NCBI GenBank assembly: GCA_951406725.2
Contig: OX597816.1
Coordinates: 125,364,001 to 125,428,000 of the forward strand
DNA length: 64,000 bases
From: Octopus vulgaris
Taxonomy: Eukaryota
Direction: 5' to 3'
Part shown: in pieces, positions 38,560-49,730 of the stretch
Numbering within the stretch: the first letter of the stretch is position 1
Layout of the letters: each line of letters begins with the position of its first letter
Translations under genes and position numbers: made by a program
Notes under the pieces: generated by a model
Seen by the model: the letters and a program-made list of their open reading frames with translations, nothing else
Told to the model about the DNA's origin: nothing
Databases searched by the model: none

Positions 38560-39700
38560 GGCTTTACTGCAGCCTACTTATCTATAACCTAGCTTCACCA
38601 TTGAACATCCAAACAGCAACTGTTCCCTGTCCTTGCTTGACTTCCGGCTAAACATCACGGGGAAGAGAAAAACTGATACGATGTTCTACTGAAAATGAGC
38701 TTACCGGGATCTCTTGGTCCATTACAAGTCGGTCCTCCCCATAAGGGTTAAGATAAGATATATGTATAACAAGATCACAAAAAAGACGCAGCGACAATAC
38801 CAGCTCCGACGCACATGCTGCTCAGTTCCTGGAGGTACTTCAGACCAGTGAACACCGGAAGTCCGTTATTAACTCCTTTTACGAGCACAAGCCAAATACA
38901 TGTGGAAAAAAGGATCTCCCTAAAACCTATTTCTTAAAGATTTCCCACTTTAACGAGTTGACCTCCTCCATGCTATACAAGGTCATCTGCTGGAAAGGAT
39001 TTGATATCCTGCTGCCTCATTTAGGGCCGTCCCTAAGTAGACATCTGTCAACTCGGCGGTCACGTGCAGAACAACAGCCCTGCACAGTGGGAAACATCCC
39101 TATTCGCAACACTAATATGCGCCTTCGTACATACATAATATATTATATACGTTGTTCAAAATGCAACAATTTTTACATCGGTAGCACAATCCGATCACTC
39201 AATAAGCGAATGAAAGAGTACCTCAGTACTGAAGCGTCCTTCCTTTCCCAAACACTTAAGAAACTGCGGTAGCACTACCAAAGACAAATACGTCTCTATA
39301 TTGGCCTCGGAGATGAACAAAAGAAGCCTTCGTGTCAAAAAAGCTATATTAATCTGCCACCTCAACCTCGAATTCAACAGTTGATCGGAAATGGGCCGGT
39401 GGCTCCTATGCAAATATCACGGCGACTACATCCAACATCATAACATACGCCGCGAACATCATTTTCCACCACCACCACCACATGAAAATACGTCCAATAG
39501 CCAACCGTTGGAGAGTGGCTGTTGTTAACCCAAATGCCGAGCAGTTTAAAATAAAATAACGAAGTCGATGCAACTAGCCTTTCCGGGACTGCTTCTTTCT
39601 GAAGATAGGCGTTTGCGCCTGAAATATAGAGACTTTTGTAAAACATTCTGCTTTGTTAGACGCTTTCTTCATCTTCCTTTTCTTCTAATTCTGTACTACA
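38560..39700 (+). mobile_element. 5'-truncated Penelope-like element (RT C-terminus + GIY-YIG), decayed
   Basis: FTIEHPN..LSLLDFRL..LLVHYKSVLP; GIY-YIG-like IIYYIRCSKCNNFYIGSTIRSLNKRMKEYL (ORF 38958..39272); terminal hammerhead motif. Confidence 0.8.
39595..39633 (+). ncRNA. Minimal type-I hammerhead ribozyme (Penelope-type)
   Basis: CTGAAGA (39599-39605)-T-stem II AGGCG/CGCCT (loop TTTG)-GAAA-palindromic ATAT-A, giving predicted cleavage after 39628. Stem I is weak (TTT/GAG with wobble pairs). Confidence 0.7.
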
Positions 39701-40140
39701 ATGCTTTCAGCGGACTACACTGCTCTTTTTAATATTTTAGATTCACCTCTACAAATTTAGACCCTTCACCACCACAGACTTTTCCTGTGGAGATTAAACA
39801 TTTGCCTACGTAGCCTGGCCCTACATGAATTGAGCCTACCTCATTTTCAATTTGTCACCCACAGTAATGAATCAATTTATGTTAAAATATTACAAATATC
39901 TCTCACCAATCTGTCTATAAATATGCATTGGTTTTCTATATCCTCTCTATCAATATCCAGCTCTAACTACTGTCCATTCGTTGAATATTTTCAGCCTTTT
40001 ACGTCATACGCACATTAGTCCGTTCAGAGTCAGTCACTCTTCCAACATGTTAACTTAAATCAAATGTTTCTCACAATGAGATATTTCTTACCTCAACCTT
40101 ATATTACGTGTTATTACCATTCTTTACTTATTGAAAATTC

Positions 40141-40272
40141 AGTTCTATATTTAAGGGATGAGGAAATATGTACGTTATTTACAATTTACGGATATATGTC
40201 CCCATCTTCTTTGTTGTTAACACAACGTTTCGGCTGATGTACCCTCCAGCCTTCAAGTGTCTTGGGGAAATA
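40141..40272 (-). mobile_element. Distal part of the 3' terminal repeat of the Penelope-like element at 44791-46297, with a degenerate hammerhead
   Basis: Minus strand reads GACAC-TTGAA-GGCTG-gagggtacat-CAGCC-GAAAC-GTT-GTGTT (40261-40219). It is homologous to the inverted copy at 46340-46393. Confidence 0.75.
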
Positions 40273-40275
40273 TCA

Positions 40276-40360
<85 letters not shown>

Positions 40361-40363
40361 TAC

Positions 40364-40414
<51 letters not shown>

Positions 40415-40436
40415 CATTATTATTATTATTATTATT
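40273..40436. repeat. (TTA)n microsatellite, tail/target of the Dong-like LINE
   Basis: Seen directly. Confidence 0.95.
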
Positions 40437-43400
40437 CAGTAGCTTTATTTTTATAGCGTGCTTTCACTTCACTACCGAGCGCTGCTCTGTATGCCTTAGG
40501 TATGTGCTGTGATTTGTTGTGATGCTCTGATGGTTATTGTATGGAAAGTGTTCTGCGTAGGATGTGTGCAGTGCCTAGTAGTGCAATTTTCTGTATGTTA
40601 TATGTGTTTGTAAGTCCTGGTGTTTTTGTTACGTATTTGTCTGAATATTTTTATCATGCTTAATGCACCTACTATGATAGGAATTGTTTCTGTTTTTGAT
40701 TCCGCATTCTGGTTACCTCTATTTCCAGGTCTTTGTATTTTGAAAGTTTCTCCATTTCTTTTAGAGACACGTTGTCATCTGCCGGTAATGATACATCAAT
40801 TAGAAAGCATTTTTTTTTCTTCATGATCTCTGACAACTATATCTGGTCTGTTGGCCTTAATTTCTCTATCTGTGTGTATCGGCATATCCCAGAGTATGGT
40901 TGCTTTCTCGTTTTCTGTTACCTTTTATGGTGTGTGCTTATATATCTTTTTTCTGATTTTATTCCATAGTGTTGGCATACCTTCCAGTGTATGTAAGTTC
41001 GAACTCTGTCGTGTCTGTGAATATATTCCTTCTTAATCAGGACTGGGTAGCCAGAGATAATATGATTTATTGTTTCTTGTCCATCACATATTCTGCAGTT
41101 ACCTGTTATGTTTATTTTCATTATGTTTTTGGTAATTTCTGGTGGGGAGTCTTTCGTCTTGTACTGCAATTAAAAATCCTTCTGTCTCTGCTGTGAATCC
41201 TGTGCTTTCAACCATTGCTGTGATTTTTCTCTGTATATTTCTTTTGCGTTTAGTTTAGTCTAGTATTTACCATGAAGGGTTTTTTTTGCCATCGTTTTAT
41301 CATGGTTCGTTGCTGTTCTATTTTTAGTTTGGATTTCATTTGTTTTATAGCTCTTCTTCTTCTTCTTCTTCTTCATATTTATTAGGTGGTATGATTTCTT
41401 CTTTGTATTTGTCAGCTTCCTTAAATACTGAGAACAGGTTTTTGTTTTGCTCGTGTTTTGCCGCTATTTGTATCAGTTTTCCTTCCTTCTGAAGTAGATA
41501 TTTTTGCAGTCCTATGGTGGTTATTTTATAGTGGTTTTCCAGCTGTATAAGGCCTCTACCGCCTTCTATACGTTGTATATATAGTCTTTCTATGTCAGAT
41601 TTTGGGTGATGCATCCTAGATCCTGTCATTATTTTTCTTGTTTTCCTATCTATTTTGGTCAGTTCATTTAGTGTCCAGTTAAGGATATTGTAGCTGTAAC
41701 TTATAACTGGGACAGCTAAAGTGTTAATACCTATTATCTTGTTTTTAGCATTGAGCTCTATTTTTAGTATTGATCTAACTCGTCTATAATATTCTTTTTA
41801 TATTTTCTCTTTCATTTGTGTGTGTTGTGTCTTACCTAGTTCATGGATTCCTAAGTATTTCTAAGTTTGGCTTTGGTCTAATTCTTTTATTTCATTGGTT
41901 TTATCTAGTGTGATGTTGCTACTCTTAACTAGTTTTCCTCTTTTCATGGTTACTTTGGCGCATTTTTCTAATCCAAATTTCATATCTATTTCTTTGGTAA
42001 ATCCATGAACTGTCTTTAATAGTGTTTCCAGCTGTTTGCCATTTGCAGCGTATAGTTTTAGGTCATCCATATATAAGAGGTGGCTGATCGTTTTGCCGTA
42101 ACATTTATATCCGCATCCAGTTCTATTTAGCATATCAGATAGAGTTGACAGTGCCAAGCAGAAAAGGAGTGGAGAGAGCGTGTCTCCCTGGAATATTCCT
42201 CTTCTAATCGGGATGGCTTTGGTTTTCATGAGTCCCTCTTTTGTTTGGAGCTGTAGCACGGTTTGCCATTTATTCATAGAGTGCCCTATGAATTTTATAA
42301 TTGTTGGTGCTAGTGTTTCTAGGATCCATGTGTGGGGGATGATATCAAACGCCTTTTTGTAGTCGATCCAGGCCATACTGAGGCCTTTCTTCTTTCTGTG
42401 GCTGTCTTCAGTTATGGCTTTATTAATCATCAGTTGATCTTTACAGCCATATGAGCCTTTGCGGCATCCTTTCTGCTCTTCTGGAAGCAGATTGTTTTCG
42501 TCCAGGTGCTTGTTCAATCTTTGCGCACTGGAGTAAATGCCTTGTACATTGTAGAGAGACAGGTTATTGGTCTGTAGTTTTCTGGTTTTGCTGTCTCATT
42601 TGATTTGGAAATTAAGATGGTTTTTCCCCTTCGTGAGCCATCCAGACATTGTCTCTGGCTCTGCTAGTACTTTGTTAAAGTTTTCAGCCAGCTTTTTGTG
42701 CATCCCTTTTAGATATTACAACCAGAAGTTGGGGATCTTGTCATGCCCAGGTGCCTTCCAATTGCTTAGGCTTTGCAGTGCCTGGGTGAGCTCTTCAATT
42801 GTTATGGGGGTCCGAAGTGGCTCAGATGCTGAGTTTGTTGTTTTGATACTCCTTTTTTTGGGTTGTTCGTTCGCCGACCATATTTCTCTCCAGAATTCTT
42901 CCACTTCTTCTGCCGTTGGTGCTGCAGTGATTTCTATTTTATTTTTGCCAAGTTCTTGGTAGAACTTTTGGGGGTTGGAGTTGAACTTTTTGTTTTGTTC
43001 AAAGAAGCGCTGGCGTTTCTCGTACCGGCGGATCCTTTGTGCTTTGGCAAGGATATCTTGCTTCAGCTTTTCTTTTATCTCAGGTAAATCTTTTTCTGTG
43101 GTGTTGTATTTGCGGAGTATTTTTGTTTTCTTTTTGTTGCTCAGTAGCGTTGATTGTCTACTGATTTCATTAAAAATCGACAGATCTTCTCTCATGTTTT
43201 GTATTTTGTTTTGGGTGTTATTTATCCACAGGGTTTGTTTGGGTGGTGGTACTCCTGTTTGGATGGGTTTGAGTGAGTATCCAGCTTCTTTTGTGGCTGC
43301 AGTAGCTGCTGCATATACTAAGTCATTTAGCTCAGTGATATCGCTTTTTGTTTCAGTGGCTATTAGTTCCGTGACGGCTAGGTTTATGCTGTTTATAACT

Positions 43401-44590
43401 GGTGTTGTTGTTTCGTCTATTTTGATTTTTGAGAGGTATGGTCGGTGGTCCATTTTGAGCTCTGTGATTTTCAGTTCTTTGACTATTTTACTGTTTATAG
43501 TATCATAATCATTAGGCTCCCCTTCGTTGTTTCCAGGTTTTATATTTGTGTCGCTTTCTTTCTTATTTATATGTTTGTTTGCCGTGTTTTGGCTTGCTGT
43601 TTGTCGTGTATTATTATGCATCCTTACAGTATGGGTTTGTTGTTTTTTGTTTACATCGTGTTTGTTGGGAATGTTACGTTTGTCTTCGTGTTTCCCTGTT
43701 TCAGTGTTTATATTATTGGGCATTGTTGTGTGGCTTCTATCTACATTTTCCTGGTGTATTTTTTCTTTTAGATGTTCTATTTCTATTTTTGATATTTTTT
43801 TTTGCGTTGAGAATGTATCTTCGTACGTTAGCTAGTTAATTAGAGTTCATTGCTGTATCCAAGTCTATATTTTTGTTATTTTCTTTCCATATTTTATAAG
43901 TATGTGTTCTTGTGTTTTCATTTTTTGGGTAGAGCACTGCTGTGAAGTAAGCGTGTAGGATAGAAATGTATTCCTCACGTGTCCATTTATGTCTTTTGGG
44001 TTTTATTTGCGGGACATGAGGAACAACGTCCGGCCCATTATTTTGACGGTCGTCATTTTCGTAGGGTACCGGTCCGTTCATTTCTGTTGTCACATTGTTT
44101 TGCACGTGTAGTTTTTCGTACATTTTATGTTGTAAGTTTAAAGTACGTACCTCCCGATTGTTATTCTTGGGTTGAATAGTATCGGTGGTATTTAATTTCT
44201 TCGTAGTTCCTTTGTAAATGGTGTTTGGGGTCGGGGATAATCTAGTGTTGATGGATCGTAATGAACCACGCATGTTTACATGTGTTGTGTAAGAGGTGGA
44301 GATGATATCGAGTCAAAATACATCATTTCGTTTCGAAAATAGTAATAAATTTCAATGAGTATTACTTACTCGGGTACAGTCCAATCCTTTGTTAGTAAAT
44401 CTTTGGTTCCATACGATGTCCTTGTTTTCGATGTTTGTGGATAGATTTCAGAGCTCTGTTTTATCGTTCTTACATCTTAAACGTCCCCCGGTGTCGCATC
44501 TTAATCGTCCCCCGGTGTCACATCTTAAACGTCCCCCGGTGTCCACATCTTAAACGTCCCCCGGTGTCCCTTAAACGTCCCCCAGTGTCC
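40437..44590 (-). mobile_element. Full-length (~4.15 kb) R4/Dong-like non-LTR retrotransposon (family E), single ORF broken by frameshifts and stops
   Basis: ORF pieces 43836..44273, 42716..43723 (WKAPGHDKIPNFW), 41861..42517 (EQKGC, WIDYKKAFD, GIFQGDTLSP, HLLYMDDLK), 41345..41629 and 40918..41169 (CCHC, RHD), with RLE to ~40545. (TAA)n arrays flank both ends. Confidence 0.93.
44473..44590 (-). repeat. Five tandem ~24-bp units at the LINE 5' end
   Basis: CATCTTAAACGTCCCCCGGTGTC(N) x4 plus a partial fifth. Confidence 0.95.
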
Positions 44591-44612
44591 TTATTATCAT
44601 TATTATTATTAC

Positions 44613-44661
<49 letters not shown>

Positions 44662-44673
44662 AATATTATTATT

Positions 44674-44744
<71 letters not shown>

Positions 44745-44790
44745 TATTGTTATTATTATTATCATTATTATTATTATTGTTGTTGCTATT
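44591..44790. repeat. (TTA)n(TCA)n(TTA)n compound microsatellite
   Basis: Seen directly. Confidence 0.95.
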
Positions 44791-44865
44791 CAGGTCACTG
44801 CCTGGACTCAAACTCGCAATCTTGGGGTTAGTTGCCGGCGCTCTTAAACACTAAGTCATATGCCC
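44791..44865 (-). promoter_or_regulatory. tRNA-like (SINE-head-like) segment with degenerate Pol III A/B boxes
   Basis: Minus strand GGGCATA-TGACTTAGTGT(A-box-like)-TTAAGAGCG..GAGTTTGAGTCC(B-box-like)-AGGCAGTGACC, about 75 nt. Confidence 0.6.
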
Positions 44866-46297
44866 GTGGGCATTTATGGAGTGAATTTTAGGGCTTATAA
44901 ATCTAACATTCTATTATTCTTCCTTAATACCAGTTCCAATATGCTGTTCATATCTGTACTCGGTCTGCTTAGGTGGTTGTTGTGTCCTAGCATATGTGCT
45001 GCTTCTTTTAGTATTCGTATTTTCCAGTGTTGTTCTCTGTCTATTATTTTAACTTCATCCCACAGGGGGAGGTGGCCTCCATTTTTCCATACATGATCAG
45101 CTACACCCGATTTATCAATATCTCCTCGTGTTACAGCTTTGCGATGTTCCTCTATCCTTATTTTGAGGAGGCGGCATGTTTCGCCTTTGTATAACCTACC
45201 ACAGCTGCATGGGATGGAGTACACGCAGTTCTTAGTCATATTCTCTTCTATTGGTGGTTTTACTCGAAGGAGATATTTGCGAAGTGTTGCATTACTTCTG
45301 CATACTGTCCTGATATCATATGGGTCACATATCTTTTGCATATTTTTTCGGAGAAGCCTTTCAAATATGGTAGACAGACTGTGGACAGGTTATCAGTTTC
45401 ATCCTCTCTTCTCTTCCTAATCGGAATGGAGAGTATGTTTTGAGGGTAGTTGTTGCTTAATAGATTGTTACCGAGCTTGATCATTTCTTTCTGGTGGGTA
45501 TCACAATGCTACTTTTATTCATTGCTCGATGTTTTAGGCACTGAGCAATCCCTCTATTTATACTGTATGGATGGTGGGAATTGAAGTTAAGGTATTGTCC
45601 AGTAAAGGTCGGCTTGCGGTATATGGATGTCCTGAATCCATACTTGGTGCGTGTTATTAATATGTTCATGAAAGCCAGTTGATTCTTTCTCTTTTTCCAT
45701 TGTGAACTGTATGGATGGCTTTATTGAGTTCATATGATCTAACAGCATTTGGGCATCTTTCTGATGGAGCCAAAGTATGAAGGTGTCATCAACATATCAT
45801 AGCCATAGTGTTGGTTTTAGCGGTGTTGATCCTAAAGCCAAATTTTCAAAGTATTCCATGTATTGGCTATTATCGGGAATAATGGCGAACCCATAGCTAA
45901 ACCCTCTTTTCTGTCGATATATATCAGTGTCTATACTGAAGTAGGTAGTTTCTACACAGAAGGTCAACATTTCCATGAAGTTTCCTATTGGTATACTAGA
46001 GCGTTCTATTTTTGATGGGTGTCTGTCACTAGTTTTTCTTGAATCGCCGATAGTTCCTCACCAGTTGGGACTTTGGTGAACAGACTTATCACATCTAGAC
46101 TCACCATCTAGTTGGATTCAATGGGGGTATTTTTGATCAGTTCTGTGAAGTGGGTGGAATTCTTCACATACGCTTAACTTTCCTGCTAATGGACTGATTA
46201 TATCCACAAGCAAGCGGCTCAGTGGATGACATGCTGAACCTCTACCGCTCACTATCGGTCTTAATGGAATACCGTCCTTGTGAATCTTAGGAAGATT
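44791..46297 (-). mobile_element. 5'-truncated Penelope-like element body (RT + GIY-YIG pseudogene)
   Basis: LPKIHKDGIPLRPIVS, GLAMGSP, YVDDTF, YRKPTFTGQYLNFNSHHP and GIY-YIG CVYSIPCSCGRLYKGETCRLLKIRIEEH (ORF 44895..45341). Confidence 0.92.
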
Positions 46298-46393
46298 CTT
46301 AGGAAAAATACTTAGGAATGAGAACCCAGGTTCGAAATTTGCCCAAGACACCGGATGAAGGCTGAATGACAAAATATCCGTCAATTGTAAATA
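46298..46393 (+). mobile_element. Inverted partial terminal repeat (pLTR) at the truncated 5' end of the Penelope-like element
   Basis: CCCAAGACAC-CGGATGAA-GGCTG...ATATCCGTCAATTGTAAATA matches the reverse complement of 40141-40272. Confidence 0.8.
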
Positions 46394-48451
46394 ATATAAT
46401 TAATGTTATTGAAAGTTATTTCGCATCTTAGCATCTATTGCTGTGCTTGTATTATTCTTCTCACTTCTACCTACATTAGTTTTCTGGCTCTTTAGTTGTA
46501 TATATCTTTTACCTTCCGTTCTGCAATCTTTCTCACTCGTTCAGTATGTACTCATTCTCCTTTTGACTTTGCAAACCTGCAGCTATCTGTGAATCACCTT
46601 AGAAATAATTTGGTTCTAGAGAAGCAGTAATATCAATACGCTTATCCATATTGTTAATGACAAGTAAATGGCATGGGATCTCAGAACCATAATAACTTTA
46701 CTACTTATTCTACAATATTCACGATGATGTTCTTTCTTCTTGTCCTGAACTAATGCAGGACGATCTAGTAACACCTACTGATATTGAAGTGGAGCTCGTT
46801 CTGTTGCAAGCACCAAGAATAATTTTTTGTCGAGATGCCTAACTTCACTACACTTTCATTTATAAGGCAACAGCAGTCCGATGATACAGATTAATTGATT
46901 TCCTAGTAGGTTGTCTTTATAAGCTGCCAATAATATTTTATCAGTTCATCATTGATGTCATCGGACAAACATTTTTAGAAGTCTGGTCATGGTTACTGAC
47001 ATACAGTTTGTCAGCTTAAAAGAAAAATGAACTAACGGTTAGAGACAAAGAGAATTTGTGGTTTCGTCTTTCCTCTCTCAATTCTTATACAAATTAAAAC
47101 CAATTAAAAATACCATGAGTAAAACTGTTTGACAAAACAACCGGTCATCTTTATTGATATTCCCGAAATTCTTTCAAGTTGGAATATAACAAGTACCTAC
47201 AACAAACAAAACGATGAGGCATCTGCGTACTCCTGCAAATTACGTCCTATTATTTAAAAAAAAGTCCTGGCATGTTCGGTTATATGGTACTCGATACTAT
47301 ATAACCGAATGTATTCCATTCACATAAGCAAATAACGGGTTGGTCACGATTATTATGCTTTTGAACAAGCTTACTCATTCGGCGCTTATGTGGCCGACAC
47401 AACTGCATTAATAATTTGCGTACTTTACTCTTCATGGCTACAAAATCGTCTGTACTTTCATTTTCGCCCTTTCCTGCGTCCAGATTTGCTCTGTAAGATA
47501 TTAACGTGCGCATGCAAACTTCCCTTTCCTACATCTCATCTCTTCATCTCAAAAAGTAATGACACATATTTCTTGCCTGTATAAAATTTCGTAGTAACTT
47601 AAAAGTGAGAACTTTCTGGTAATTCTAGTACCCTTCTTACATCAAAGGCGTTGCCACTGATATCAAAAATATCAAAAGCTTCAGACTTTCTGAACCTACT
47701 GCTACTTTTAGCATCCTTACTTATCCTCTTCCTTGACATCCCAAAGTAACGTTTGACCTATTCTTAACATTTTCAGCATCAAATAGAATGCCCAACATCT
47801 CTTTAATCAAAGTCACGCACTACATATTTATATATGACCCTATACCTTTTAGTACTAGGCCTTGAAGTATTAGAATCGCTTAACTGTCCAGATCCCAGAC
47901 AGGTTTAAGACAATCATCTATGGTATCAAATGTTTCACATTTGTCATATGACGGAGAGCAAAGAAGGTGAACGAAACCATTCTCTTCTAAATTACATCCA
48001 CATAGCAAAATTCCATAATCACTCCAAAGTTCCACATGTGATTCACAGTCAGGTTTCTTGCCATTGTATAACTGAAAACCATGGCTTACAATAGATGGTT
48101 AAACGTAACCACTTCTACCAGTTGAGTAGCATTTATTAATCGGCAAAACATTTGAAAACTCTTATCCGATAATCTAACAATATAACTGTGCGTCACACAA
48201 ACTTGTAACTCTCCTATCTCCTAAATAGCAGTTGAGACGTACTGTTCCATGTCACAAGAATCTATGCTAATTTCCAAAATATACTTACCCTGACTTCCGC
48301 TTTCATAGGTACATCTTAAATGGAACATTTTCTCCATATGCCAAATGATATTCCTTCATCTTCAAAGTACACGCATTTGACGTAACTACTGCATATATAC
48401 GTTCCCCACTCCACAGCTCACACTAACATACATACACGCATTCACATTAAG

Positions 48452-49370
48452 AATGCGGGTCGGCTGAAAATGTCAAAAGCTGACCAACATACTGTCGTGG
48501 AATGTGACCAAATGAGGTTTACTTTTCACATTTGTGTTTTTTAAGAAAGAACAAAGTTTTCGGGAAGTAGAAATCGGCGGGCGTTGTCTGCTTCCACCAC
48601 CAGCCATCTCCGTTTTCATTCCATTATCATTGTGTCTGTGTCCATCCCGCAAGCTTCGATCTGTATTATGCCTATATGGCAAATGTAATCAAATAAAGAA
48701 GCTTTTATCTTGTTGGTCAAAAAAGTCATCAACAGCGTTTATGACGTCATCATCACTGCGATACTGGTTCACGACCGAGTGTATTTTTTTCATGTTGAGG
48801 AACAGAGTTGATAGTCAAGTAGAGCTAAATCATAAGAAGAAGGAAGGTGGTCAACCAGTTTAAAGCCATAGTCAAGCGCAATAGACATTGAGACAAAGGA
48901 CTTGTATACTGAAGCATTATCCAGATGAAATATGACCTCCTTCACCATTTTTCCAGGTCGTTTGGTCTTGATAACCTTTCATGAGGTGAGTGCTTCAGCG
49001 AGTTGGCATAGTACTCTCCACATATAGATGCACCATGCCTTTTGCATCTCCAAAATCTGAGGCCACCAACTTTCCTGCGGACGAAATGATCTTGGCGTTG
49101 TTTGGACCAGATGAGGAGGGGTGTTTCCATTGCATGGTTTGTTTCTTTATTTCTGGCTAAAAGTGATGAACTCAATTATCATCCTGGATTAGGAAACGTT
49201 CAAGGAGATCTCATTTCGGCAAAATGTTAGATTTTGTCGTGACCAGCCTGGTATACGTTTGACTAGGTGTCAGAAATGTGGCACCCACTGAGCAGAAACC
49301 TTTGTCATGCCAAGTTCATCCTGCAAAATATCTTCTATTCGATCATATGTTAATAGCATTAGATACTTGA
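48452..49370 (-). mobile_element. Decayed mariner transposon
   Basis: TIR-like GCGGGTCGGCTGAAAA at the left end. Minus strand gives frameshifted WVP, CGEYYAN and DLA/YRSDDDVI remnants. Confidence 0.65.
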
Positions 49371-49419
49371 TTTGTAGTCCAATGCGTGACGCCCAATTGC
49401 TACATGGTGAATATGATCG

Positions 49420-49730
49420 TTGTTTTCTAGTCTCAGCACGTCCAGACGTTGAGTTATCTTCAATATTTTATCTTCCTTTTTCTCTGTGACATTTTGCTAT
49501 TCCCCAAGCTGGAGGAGAGCCTCAGACGCAGTTGCTTTGAAGACATCGAGAAGATGGCAACTGCAACAAAAGTTCTGGACAACATATTTTAGGAGGACCA
49601 CCATGGAGCGTTCACGAAGCAGTTGGAGTGCTACTACAAAAGCATTGAAATCAGAGGAGCCTACTTAGAAAGAAATTAAAGCTTTCTTACTTGTTTGAAA
49701 ACATATCAAAACTCCTGGAATGTACCTTAT
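49420..49730 (+). mobile_element. Mariner 3' fragment (different family)
   Basis: CDILLFPKLEESLRRSCFEDIEKM..SIEIRGAY remnants. Confidence 0.6.

Noticed and set aside
42567-43839. Plus-strand ORFs of 100-177 aa
   Set aside because: They are antisense shadows of the minus-strand LINE ORF.
44473-44590. CRISPR-like array of 24-bp repeats
   Set aside because: There are no unique spacers and no cas genes, and the context is a eukaryotic TE. It is a tandem repeat.
44791-44865. Functional tRNA gene
   Set aside because: The acceptor and anticodon stems pair poorly and the boxes are degenerate. It is treated as a tRNA-derived head.
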